Shown here piece after piece: positions 55,842-64,000 of a stretch of DNA of 64,000 nucleotides. Position 1 is the stretch's first letter. The number at the start of each line of letters is the position of its first letter. Below the pieces are notes generated by a model. That model was given only the letters and a program-made list of their open reading frames with translations. It made no database searches and was not told where the DNA came from. The DNA is from an uncultured virus (IMG/VR IMGVR_UViG_3300015360_000031). Its lineage: Duplodnaviria > Heunggongvirae > Uroviricota > Caudoviricetes. The stretch lies in IMG/VR virus record IMGVR_UViG_3300015360_000031; one strand, 5' to 3'. The position numbers were made by a program, and so were the translations under genes.

Positions 55842-56081
55842 GTGGCGAAACAGATTTGCTTCGGTGGCTTCATCCCCTGCCGGGATGAACGTTGCAAAGA
55901 TCGAATCGACGTTCACCCCGAGCACGTCATCCCATCACAGAAAAACCGAATCGACGCGTGCCCGCGCTGTGATGGGGACGTGTTTCCACTACCCAAGCAG
56001 CGTGCTGCATGCACTGCGTGCACCTGGCGCGGTAGTCGCCTCGTCCCGAAGATCAAGAAAGAAGCTCGCCCGCATGCGTGA
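55842..56081 (+). CDS. Zinc-ribbon small protein
   Basis: CPRCD...CTAC. Confidence 0.55.
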   Translation: MAKQICFGGFIPCRDERCKDRIDVHPEHVIPSQKNRIDACPRCDGDVFPLPKQRAACTACTWRGSRLVPKIKKEARPHA

Positions 56082-56967
56082 CATCCCGCTCAACGACGCG
56101 CCCGGCAAGTTGCCGATCTTCACGATGCTCAACTACGGCGACACCCGTACAGGCAAGACGGAGTTCGGCGCGACGTGGCCGCGCCCGATGATCCTCGCAG
56201 ATGTCGCCGAGCGTGGCTACACGACGATCAAGACGATGGATCGCGAGAAGTGGTTCGAGCCCAACGTCGAGCCGATGATCAAGGGCATCGAGAACATGAA
56301 CGATCTGGCGAACATCTTGCCGATCATTCAGGCGCTGATCGCGAGTGGTCGGATCATGACGGTCGTGTTCGATGCGTTCACGTTCTACACCGACTTTTTC
56401 CTCAACGGGATCATCGCGACGCAGAGCAAGCCCGACAACCGCGCAGCGTACGGCACGCTCGGGCTACATCTGCGCAAGGTCCGCACGGATCTCCACAGCC
56501 TCAAGACGAACGTCGTTTGGAACTGCCTCGCGCGGCACCCCGACACCGACAACCTGAAAGGCGGCCCGATGATTCCGGGCCAGCAGGCGGACAAGTTCGC
56601 GGCCGGTGTCGACTTCCTCGTGCATTCACGCATCGAGCAGATCAAGGACGGCGGCAAGATCGTAGGCGAGGAGTTCCAGCTTCGCACGCGCCAGTACAAC
56701 AGCTACATCTGCGGCAACCGGCTCGGTACGGACGCGCAGTACCTGCCGGATCCGTTCATCGGGACGTACAGCGATCTCATGGTGCAGCTCGGCTACGACG
56801 TGGAGGCGCTGCGCAAGTCGCTGCCCTCGCCGAAGATGCCGACGATCGCGGCACCCGTGGTGGTGAAGCCACCCGTCAACAATTCAGCACCGAAAGTGGC
56901 AGTTGTGCCGCCGAAGGTGGGGAACAACCCGGTGGCTCACAAGGCCACCAACAACGTGAAGGACTAG
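56074..56967 (+). CDS. AAA_24 / Sak4-like ATPase
   Basis: YGDTRTGKT Walker A, LADVAERG, TVVFDAFT; between exonuclease and SSB. Confidence 0.8.
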   Translation: MRDIPLNDAPGKLPIFTMLNYGDTRTGKTEFGATWPRPMILADVAERGYTTIKTMDREKWFEPNVEPMIKGIENMNDLANILPIIQALIASGRIMTVVFDAFTFYTDFFLNGIIATQSKPDNRAAYGTLGLHLRKVRTDLHSLKTNVVWNCLARHPDTDNLKGGPMIPGQQADKFAAGVDFLVHSRIEQIKDGGKIVGEEFQLRTRQYNSYICGNRLGTDAQYLPDPFIGTYSDLMVQLGYDVEALRKSLPSPKMPTIAAPVVVKPPVNNSAPKVAVVPPKVGNNPVAHKATNNVKD

Positions 56968-56974
56968 AAGCGTC

Positions 56975-57499
56975 ATGGCAAACAACGAAGCACCTGCCGA
57001 GTTCACTGATTTCGAGATTCACCAGGATCTCTCCGAGGTCGACGCATGGGGTGGCGAACAGCGCCCGCTCGTGCCAGCTGGCGAGTACCAGCTGACGATC
57101 ACCCACGTCGAGCAGAAGCCGAGCTCGAACAACAACCCGATGATCGTCGTGACCTTCGAGGTGGCCAGCGGCCCGGAGAAGGGCTCGAAGGTGTGGGGCA
57201 ACTACGTACTCACGCAGAAGGCGATGGGGCGCATCAAGGCGCTCGTCGTCGCGTGCGGTGGATCGCTCGATGTGATCCGCGCGAGCGAGCTGATGGGTGC
57301 CACGATCGAGGCCACCGTCGTGCACAACGAAGGTCAGGCGAAGATCGGTCCCGATGGCAACCCGGGCGCCACACCCGTCTACGCCAACGTGATCAACGAG
57401 CGCGCGCCCGAGCAGGCGGCGCCCGCGCCGACGCCGGCCCCGCCGGTCACCCGCGCCACGCAGGCCAAGCCGCAGAACGGCGCCGCGCGGCGGGCGTAA
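56975..57499 (+). CDS. DUF669-like single-stranded DNA-binding protein
   Basis: LVPAGEY..TI..VE.K.S..NNPMI.V.FEV..GP..G.KVW. Confidence 0.75.
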   Translation: MANNEAPAEFTDFEIHQDLSEVDAWGGEQRPLVPAGEYQLTITHVEQKPSSNNNPMIVVTFEVASGPEKGSKVWGNYVLTQKAMGRIKALVVACGGSLDVIRASELMGATIEATVVHNEGQAKIGPDGNPGATPVYANVINERAPEQAAPAPTPAPPVTRATQAKPQNGAARRA

Positions 57500-57584
57500 A
57501 CGACTCGCGGCGCGGCGCGGAGCCTCCTCGACCCTGATCCGCGGTGCGTTTCCCCCCGGGTGCTGCCCCGTCGAGAATGCAGCA

Positions 57585-57615
57585 CGACGAGCCCTTTCGG
57601 GGCTCTTCGTCTTTT
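57585..57615 (+). terminator. Rho-independent terminator
   Basis: GACGAGCCC-TTTCG-GGGCTCTTCGTC-TTTT. Confidence 0.7.
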
Positions 57616-57947
57616 CGGCGTAGGTAGTGCCGGCTGTGCGATCCCGTCACTACAGGCTGCGCGCCTACGCGCAGTGATTGCGAGATCACTTACGTGCGGG
57701 ATCTCGTCACGACGTGTTGGCTGCCTGTGGATTGTCGATTTTTCTCGCGTCGATGTTCGCGTGTTGCTTCGAGAAGATCTCACTCCCGCGACTCCACAGG
57801 AAAGTCACAGGCATAAAAAGTTGCGCGATCTCGACATCGTACTCTAAGGGTTAGGCATACACGTCTCACTGAGCGTCGGCGCGCGGCGAGACCACTACCA
57901 TCACAAATTTGCGGTCCCACGGGATCGCGTCCAGGGGGCTGGAATAG

Positions 57948-58382
57948 ATGTCTGAAGTTGAGTCAGGGTCGATCTGTCGTGATGAGTACTGCGACCGCAT
58001 GGGGGTGCATCCGTGGCATCCAATGGGCGCGAACCGCGAGGTCAAACCACACCACCGGCCAGGCAAAAAGCCGGTGTGGCAGCTCGATGATCCAACCGCG
58101 CTAACCGGTGCCGTCGCTCGCGCGACGAGCAAAGCCTACCCGACGCACTTCGCCGCCATCGTGCGCGATGTTCGCGACGACTACGGCACGGTGACGGAGC
58201 GAACCGTCTACCGCCACATCAAGAAGCTAGTCGCCCGCGGGCACATCGCGAAGGTCGACATCGGCTTCGCGTTCGCGGCGTACATCCGGCCGGGCAGCCG
58301 CATGTTCAAGACCGCGGACGCGATCCGCGACTACATCCTCGGCACCGTCGAGATGACTGCGTGCACGCGCGAGGTTGGCTGA
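57948..58382 (+). CDS. Winged-HTH DNA-binding protein
   Basis: VTERTVYRHIKKLVARGHI. Confidence 0.65.
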   Translation: MSEVESGSICRDEYCDRMGVHPWHPMGANREVKPHHRPGKKPVWQLDDPTALTGAVARATSKAYPTHFAAIVRDVRDDYGTVTERTVYRHIKKLVARGHIAKVDIGFAFAAYIRPGSRMFKTADAIRDYILGTVEMTACTREVG

Positions 58383-58666
58383 TGCCCTACTCCTGCGCTA
58401 GTTGCGGGCGCGAGAGCCTGTTGGCTCGAACTCTGCGCTGCGCGCAGTGCCAGCCCACCAAGCCAGTCGATCGCGTGGATGCGCTGCACCATCAGCTCAC
58501 GCAGCACACGAAGGTGCACCCGAATTGGTTGCTCGTCACGGGATCGTTCGCCTCCGAGGAATTTGATCGCCTCTACTGCGCTTGGATCTGCGCGCGCTGG
58601 GATGCGGGCGACCCCTGGGTGCGCGAGTGCTGGCCTACACGCCCGGTTGTCAGCCCCACGCAGTAG
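58382..58666 (+). CDS. Zinc-binding-like small protein
   Basis: CASC...CAQC; ends inside a motif copy. Confidence 0.55.
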   Translation: MPYSCASCGRESLLARTLRCAQCQPTKPVDRVDALHHQLTQHTKVHPNWLLVTGSFASEEFDRLYCAWICARWDAGDPWVRECWPTRPVVSPTQ

Positions 58667-58669
58667 TGT
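58647..58669 (+). promoter_or_regulatory. Viral promoter motif copy
   Basis: TTGTCAGCCCCACGCAG-TAGTGT, 7 nt before ATG 58677. Confidence 0.75.
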
Positions 58670-58676
58670 GCTGGCG

Positions 58677-59099
58677 ATGAGAGACCCACGGATCGCAGAA
58701 GCAAAAGCCCGCCTCACCGCGTGGACGATCCCTGAGCTGAGACATGTCTGCGTTGAAGGCATGCTGGCTGGCGGGTGGATCCGCTTCCGGTACGATTGCG
58801 ACGGGAACATGGAGATCTGCGCGATGTCCGACAACGTGCAGTACATCGAGAAGAAGACCGGGAAGCCTTGCCCGCCGTGGTGGGAGACCAATGCCGCGTG
58901 GGATCTCGCGTACGAGCTGGTCCCGAAATCTGATCAGCACATCTCCAAGACGCAACCGATCGGCACCGAGGTAGCACTCGGAGACGTGGCAGGAGTCAGC
59001 GGCATGGGCACGGTCATCGAATACGCCGGCAGTTGGTTCACTGTCCGGTACGCGGACGGTCAGGAGCGTTCGATCTCGATGCCAAGGTGCAAGGTATGA
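58677..59099 (+). CDS. Hypothetical protein with SH3-like C-terminus
   Basis: Start directly after motif; GTVIEYAGSWFTVRYADG. Confidence 0.55.
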   Translation: MRDPRIAEAKARLTAWTIPELRHVCVEGMLAGGWIRFRYDCDGNMEICAMSDNVQYIEKKTGKPCPPWWETNAAWDLAYELVPKSDQHISKTQPIGTEVALGDVAGVSGMGTVIEYAGSWFTVRYADGQERSISMPRCKV

Positions 59100-59326
59100 A
59101 TCGCTGGCCTTGCGGGCACGCGCTGCATAGCGCCACGGAAGCCGCGGAATGCGCGGCGTACGCGCGGCGCGATGCACGACACATGCGTTGGTTCACGATG
59201 TTTTTCTTTCTCGTGATCGCAGCGATCTTGGTTGGTGTCGAGCTAGGCCGCGCGGCGTGGATCTACGGCGATTGGCGCTGCGCGTTTGCTGACTGTCGCA
59301 TCGTGGTTGTCAGCCCCGCGCAGTAG
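59096..59326 (+). CDS. Small single-TM protein
   Basis: ATGA coupling; WFTMFFFLVIAAILVGV. Confidence 0.55.
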   Translation: MNRWPCGHALHSATEAAECAAYARRDARHMRWFTMFFFLVIAAILVGVELGRAAWIYGDWRCAFADCRIVVVSPAQ

Positions 59327-59329
59327 CGT
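59307..59329 (+). promoter_or_regulatory. Viral promoter motif copy
   Basis: TTGTCAGCCCCGCGCAG-TAGCGT, 9 nt before the polymerase GTG. Confidence 0.75.
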
Positions 59330-59338
59330 GGTTGGCTA

Positions 59339-62300
59339 GTGGAGGACGAGATCCCGATCAGCTTCGCCCCACTGTATCGTGGGACCGCAGAGGGCGCTGA
59401 CTGCCCGAGCTGCCCGTTCGCGACGAACGGTGAGCCGACGCGGCCGGTGTTCTCAGAGTTCCCCGAGGATCCTGCGTGGATGGTGATCGGTGAAGGGCCA
59501 GGGTTCAACGAGGTCCGGCAGAGCCGCCCGTTCATCGGCGCGGGCGGGCAGGTGGTCGACAAGGTGCTCGTCAAGATCGGGCGCGCGCGGCGTGACCTCT
59601 ACGTCGGCAACGTGATGCTGTGCATGCCTCCGCAGGGCACACCCGAAGCGGCGCGGCAGCGCGCGGCGATCGCATGCCACCCGCGGCTCGTGCGCGAGCT
59701 CGCCGAGTTCCCAGGCAAGCCGATCCTGACCCTCGGCGCAGTGGCTGCGCGTGCGATCATCCCCAAGCCGGCGCTCGATGCGATCGATCCACCCGACGCA
59801 CCCAAGTCGATCCGCAAATCGCAGAAGCTGCGCCAGCAACCGCAACTGAAGAACGCGATCGCGCGGCGCAAGCAGATCGACAAGATCGGACAACGCCGGC
59901 TCAAGAAAATGATCACGCACCTGCGTGGTCAGATCAAAGCCGAGCTGAAAAAGAAGCAACGCGCGCGGCCCGATGAGCCGTACCTGCAAGCCGAGGTTGC
60001 CCGCGTCCAGCCACGGATGGAGCTGAAGGCGCGCGAGGACGCGATCAAGGAGTTCGAGCTCGCGGTGAAGACCCGCGATGCGAAGAAGAAGGTCGACGCG
60101 CTCAAGCCCAAGGCGAGGAAGCCCAAGCCGATCAAGATCTCGGACATCGTAAGCACGCTGTTCGAGATCGATGTCGACGGTACCGGCCCTCGACCGTTGA
60201 TCCCGGGCATCCATCCGGCATCGCTGCTCCGCGGGGGTGGCGCGTCGATCGGCGGCTCGCACACGCCCGACCTCGCGTACGTCAACCTGATCTACGACGC
60301 TGGCAAGGTCGATGCGCTCTCGAAGGGGAAGGACATCCGGCTCAAGCTCAACGTCGAGTACGAGCTGACCGACGTGGATCGCACGGTCGAGCTGTTCCTC
60401 AAGGTCTACCGCGATGCGCTTGAAGAGGACGCATGCTCGCTCGATCTTGAGACCTACGTTGACGACCCGGATCGCCACACCGCGCTGATGGCGTACGTGG
60501 CGAAGATCCGCGTGGTCGGGCTCGCGACGCAGAAGCACGCGATCTCGCTAGCGTGGGATCTCTTGCCGTCGTGGTGTCACTCGCTGTTGCAGCTGTTGAT
60601 CGGCCGCGTCGAGATGACGTACCACAACGGGCTCTACGATCGCACGGTGCTGCTCGCGCAGGGCTTCATCATGGGGCCGCGATGGTTCGACACCTTGCTC
60701 GCGCACCACGCAGCGTTCCCGGGCAACTCGCACCGGTTGCAGACGGTGACCGCGCAGTTCTACGGCGTGACGCCGTGGAAGAGCGAGTTTCGTAACGCCG
60801 AGGAGAACGGCGAAGACCTCGCGATCTACAACGCGAAGGACACCGGCGGCACGCACGCGCTCCGGGCGCCGCTGACCTTGTGGATGAAGCGCACGAACAC
60901 GTTGCGCGTCTACGAGCTCGATAAGAAGATGTCCGCGATCGCAAGCGACATGCACATCGCGGGCATGCCGGTGTCGCGCGAGGTCAACTCCGAGCTGCTA
61001 GCTACGTTCACGAAGAACGTCGTGGAGTCACGACGCGCCGTCGAGGACATCGCGCGCGATCCTAAGCTGCGCGAGCAGATCTGGCACCACCTGGCACTGC
61101 AACAGGCCCGCAAGCAGCGCAAGGTCGACCCCGATGACTTAGAGGCCCGCTACGACGTCCGCCTAGCAGCGATGAAGCTGGATCCCGATTGGAAGTGGAA
61201 GATCGGCGCCAGTAAGCACGTCGCGGCGCTGCTCCAAGCGATGGGCGTCGGGCTCTACCAGACCACCGAAGGCGGCGACGTCTCAACGAAAAAGGACGTG
61301 CTAGAGGCGCTGACCGAGGTTCCGATCGTTCGCGAGATCCTCACGTTCCGCGAGAACGACAAGCTGCACTCGACGTTCGTGTGGGGCCTCTTCGATCGCA
61401 CGAACCACACCGGCGAGATCGTGCAATACGGCTACGCCGACGGGAACGATCGCATTCATCCGATCTGGAACGTCCATCGGATCTCGGGCCGCTGGGCCTC
61501 ACAGTGGCCGGTGGTCTCCAACGTTCCGAAGGACAAGTGGAAAAAGGTTCTCGACTTCGCGCTCTCGGTGCTTCGTGGCAGGCTGGACACGAGCGGCATC
61601 ATCCCGCCGGCGAAGGGCAGCTTCGAGCTCGACGGGTCGCACTACCGGTTCAGCGATAAGGACAGCTCGTTCTCAAAGATGGTGCGGCCGAACCTGCGTC
61701 GGCAGATCCGCGCACCCAAGGGGCGAGTCCTCGTCGGGTTCGACTTCGCGCAGATCGAGGCTCGCGTGATCGCGCTCATCTCGGGCGATCCGTTCCTGTG
61801 CGCGATCTTCGCCGAGGGTCGCGACCCGCACATCGAGTGCGCTCGGATCATCTTCGCAGGCTTCGACACGTTCGACAAGGCCACGCAGAAGCAGCTACGT
61901 GAGCAGACCAAGCCGATCGAGTACGGGGCGATGTATCTCGCGCAGGTCGAGACGCTGCACAAGCAAATGCTCAAGGAGGGGCATTTGATCAAGCTCGTCG
62001 ACCTTGCAAAAGCGATCGCGAAGCTGCTCCACGCGATGGCGGGCCTCGTACGTTGGCAGCATCAGACCGTTGCGAACGCGTCGTGCCCTCCGTACGAGGT
62101 GAAAGACTTCGTGATCGGCCGCCGCCGTACGTGGCCGATGGGCAACGTTGAGGGCACCGAGGCCGTCAACTTCGGCGTTCAGACCGCGGCGGCGTCGATC
62201 ATGAACACCGGTATGGCGCAGATGGCCGATCGGATGCACGAGTTCACCCAGGCGCACATGATCGCGCAGATCCATGACGCATGCGTGTTCGAGTGCTGGG

Positions 62301-62425
62301 AGGACGAGGCTGAGCGGCTCGCTGAGGTGATCAAGGTGGCGTACACGCAAGAGTACGAACGCGACGGCCGAACGATCCCGTTCCCTGTTGACGTGCGGAT
62401 CGGCCAAGACTGGAGCGAGGTGTGA
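59339..62425 (+). CDS. polA: Family A DNA polymerase with N-terminal uracil-DNA-glycosylase (family 4-like) and 3'-5' exonuclease domains
   Basis: UDG: CPSCP, IGEGPG..E...PFIG, HPAS. Exo: LDLET, HNGLYD, YNAKD. Pol: SGRWAS, DFAQIEAR, KPIEYGAMY, QIHD. Confidence 0.9.
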   Translation: MEDEIPISFAPLYRGTAEGADCPSCPFATNGEPTRPVFSEFPEDPAWMVIGEGPGFNEVRQSRPFIGAGGQVVDKVLVKIGRARRDLYVGNVMLCMPPQGTPEAARQRAAIACHPRLVRELAEFPGKPILTLGAVAARAIIPKPALDAIDPPDAPKSIRKSQKLRQQPQLKNAIARRKQIDKIGQRRLKKMITHLRGQIKAELKKKQRARPDEPYLQAEVARVQPRMELKAREDAIKEFELAVKTRDAKKKVDALKPKARKPKPIKISDIVSTLFEIDVDGTGPRPLIPGIHPASLLRGGGASIGGSHTPDLAYVNLIYDAGKVDALSKGKDIRLKLNVEYELTDVDRTVELFLKVYRDALEEDACSLDLETYVDDPDRHTALMAYVAKIRVVGLATQKHAISLAWDLLPSWCHSLLQLLIGRVEMTYHNGLYDRTVLLAQGFIMGPRWFDTLLAHHAAFPGNSHRLQTVTAQFYGVTPWKSEFRNAEENGEDLAIYNAKDTGGTHALRAPLTLWMKRTNTLRVYELDKKMSAIASDMHIAGMPVSREVNSELLATFTKNVVESRRAVEDIARDPKLREQIWHHLALQQARKQRKVDPDDLEARYDVRLAAMKLDPDWKWKIGASKHVAALLQAMGVGLYQTTEGGDVSTKKDVLEALTEVPIVREILTFRENDKLHSTFVWGLFDRTNHTGEIVQYGYADGNDRIHPIWNVHRISGRWASQWPVVSNVPKDKWKKVLDFALSVLRGRLDTSGIIPPAKGSFELDGSHYRFSDKDSSFSKMVRPNLRRQIRAPKGRVLVGFDFAQIEARVIALISGDPFLCAIFAEGRDPHIECARIIFAGFDTFDKATQKQLREQTKPIEYGAMYLAQVETLHKQMLKEGHLIKLVDLAKAIAKLLHAMAGLVRWQHQTVANASCPPYEVKDFVIGRRRTWPMGNVEGTEAVNFGVQTAAASIMNTGMAQMADRMHEFTQAHMIAQIHDACVFECWEDEAERLAEVIKVAYTQEYERDGRTIPFPVDVRIGQDWSEV

Positions 62426-62427
62426 CG

Positions 62428-62450
62428 CTGTCAGCCCCTCGTCGTACAAC
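62428..62450 (+). promoter_or_regulatory. Viral promoter motif copy
   Basis: CTGTCAGCCCCTCGTCG-TACAAC, 8 nt before ATG 62459. Confidence 0.75.
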
Positions 62451-62458
62451 CATCAACC

Positions 62459-62860
62459 ATGGAATTCATCGATGGCCGGCTCACACCGGGCACATGCCCG
62501 GACTGCCCGCCCACATACATGGGGGTTGTTCATCATGTGGCATGCACGCGGGCAGGTGGTGAGCTGATGCTCGCGCTTCAGGGTGAGCGTGATGCGTTCC
62601 TGGCGCAGCTACCAAACCGCCAACACCAAACCTCTGGTGTTGTCACTGATCCGGTGAACCCACCGCACTATCAGGGCGATCTCGTGATGCGCATCATCGA
62701 GCACTTCGGGCTCGAAACATCGTTCTATCTCGCGAACCTCATCAAGTACGTGCTGCGCCACGGCAAGAAAGCAGGGCTCGAAGATCTGCGAAAGGCCCGC
62801 TGGTATCTCGATCGCGCGATCGCACGCGCCGAAGGCAAACACGTGGAAGGTGTGAAATGA
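62459..62860 (+). CDS. DUF3310-domain protein
   Basis: DPVNPPHY...FYLANLIKYVLRHGKK..LEDLRKARWYL. Confidence 0.85.
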   Translation: MEFIDGRLTPGTCPDCPPTYMGVVHHVACTRAGGELMLALQGERDAFLAQLPNRQHQTSGVVTDPVNPPHYQGDLVMRIIEHFGLETSFYLANLIKYVLRHGKKAGLEDLRKARWYLDRAIARAEGKHVEGVK

Positions 62861-63033
62861 CCTGGCCTCAAATCGTCATCACACTCTGGTTTCTCTTGAA
62901 CGTCGGGTTCGTGGCCATCACTGTCACGCGCGACACGAAGATCAGCGTAACAACCGCTACAACCACTGTGCTGCTGTTCATGGTGGTCTACGGTGCACTT
63001 TCGTGGGTTCTGCGTGCAGGAGGTTTCTGGTGA
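62857..63033 (+). CDS. Small two-TM membrane protein (58 aa)
   Basis: Manual translation MTWPQIVITLWFLL...LRAGGFW; 4-nt overlaps at both ends. Confidence 0.6.
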   Translation: MTWPQIVITLWFLLNVGFVAITVTRDTKISVTTATTTVLLFMVVYGALSWVLRAGGFW

Positions 63034-64000
63034 GCGAGGCACAGCGCACGGACATCGAGCTGCTGACCGACGCTGACGGGCACATCTTCGCCCAACAGCC
63101 GATCGAAGGTGGCGCATCGATCATCGTGCGCATCATCGCCGATTCGATCACCGACGGCGGCTCGCGGCTCATCACGTGGTGCTGGGAGTACCAGCGGATG
63201 ATCCACGCGGAGATCATGACGCACCGGGCGCTCAGCCGTAACGCGTCCAGCTCGCGCGCCATCCCGGCGAGCAAGCTGCGCGAGCGCGTGCTCAACGCGC
63301 CGGCGATCCCCGTGCACTGGGGGCAGAACCAGGCCGGCATGCAGGCATCAGCTGAGGTGACGGACATCGACGCCGCGCGCGCGTGGTGGCTCGAAGGCCG
63401 CGACCTGATGGCAGCGCACCACGCGAAGGGCGAGGCACTGGGGCTGCACAAGCAGATCGTCAACCGGCAGATCGAGCCGTGGATGATGATCTCGACGATC
63501 ATCTCGGCGACCGACCACTCGAACCTGTTCCATCTTCGCAAGCATGCGATGGCTGAGCCGAACTTTCAGGTGGTTGCGAGCCTCGCGTGGGAGTTGTTCC
63601 ACAACCACATGCCGGTGTTCATCCAGATCAACGGCTGGCACCTACCCTACGTCAACGCGAGCGACATGGAGGTCTCGAAGAGGACTGAGGATCTGCTCAA
63701 GTTGTCGACGGCACGGTGCGCGCGCGTCTCGTACCTCACGCACGATGGCAAGCGTGATCGAGCGAAGGACTTCGAGCTCCACGACACGCTCGCGGCAACG
63801 GCAACCAAGGGTGAAGATCCGATGCACGCGTCCCCACTAGAGCACCCGGCGTTGGCGGTCGGTGGGCGCGCTCGGATCGGCAACTTCGAGGGTTGGAAGC
63901 AGTACCGAAAGTTCTTCCCACACGAGAACGGCCCCGACGTCAGCGTGCGTTGCTACCGCTGCGGCTGCTGGGGTGGGCGTCACGTTCGGGACTGCCCGTA
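63030..64000 (+). CDS. thyX: Flavin-dependent thymidylate synthase (open at window end)
   Basis: Manual translation IIADS...RLIT...IHAEIMTHRALSRNASSSRAIP...HKQIVNR..EP...STARCARVSY...HASPLEH. Confidence 0.9.
   Translation, partial: MSEAQRTDIELLTDADGHIFAQQPIEGGASIIVRIIADSITDGGSRLITWCWEYQRMIHAEIMTHRALSRNASSSRAIPASKLRERVLNAPAIPVHWGQNQAGMQASAEVTDIDAARAWWLEGRDLMAAHHAKGEALGLHKQIVNRQIEPWMMISTIISATDHSNLFHLRKHAMAEPNFQVVASLAWELFHNHMPVFIQINGWHLPYVNASDMEVSKRTEDLLKLSTARCARVSYLTHDGKRDRAKDFELHDTLAATATKGEDPMHASPLEHPALAVGGRARIGNFEGWKQYRKFFPHENGPDVSVRCYRCGCWGGRHVRDCP

Noticed and set aside
5298..62450. CRISPR array or REP-like element for the TGTCAGCCCC repeats
   Set aside because: Copies are dispersed on both strands, non-palindromic and positioned before start codons, with no regular spacers.
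1..64000. tRNA or rRNA genes
   Set aside because: No cloverleaf with T-loop and acceptor stem was recognised in the intergenic gaps by eye; tRNAscan-SE or ARAGORN is needed to exclude them.

Overview
The whole window looks viral: a high-GC, gene-dense dsDNA bacterial virus with no host housekeeping genes, rRNA, tRNA, CRISPR array or integrase visible. Both ends cut through genes. Layout: (i) 1-4.6 kb, a leftward cluster of small early-type genes behind an AT-rich promoter region. (ii) 5.6-36 kb, a virion/lysis region with a CHAP endolysin, a papain-like peptidase, a sugar-modification cassette between two paralogous beta-repeat spike/fibre genes, two candidate single-jelly-roll capsid proteins (235 and 163 aa), a transglutaminase-like protease, a thioredoxin, small basic proteins and well over a dozen small membrane-anchored proteins. 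No terminase, portal, HK97 capsid, tail tube or baseplate is recognisable. (iii) 36-47 kb, accessory genes including a mosaic duplicated region. (iv) 47-64 kb, a replication module: intein-containing P-loop helicase, intein-containing SNF2 helicase, Cas4-like exonuclease, Sak4-like ATPase, SSB, a UDG-fused family A DNA polymerase and ThyX. The main inferences are: an unusually large tailless, membrane-containing virus; a shared [LM]xG[LI]G motif in its virion proteins matching the adenovirus-protease consensus; and a 20-copy promoter-like motif (YTGTCAGCCCC-N6-TAnnnT) that mostly precedes apparently leaderless genes. All functional calls come from motif reading by eye, without database searches.
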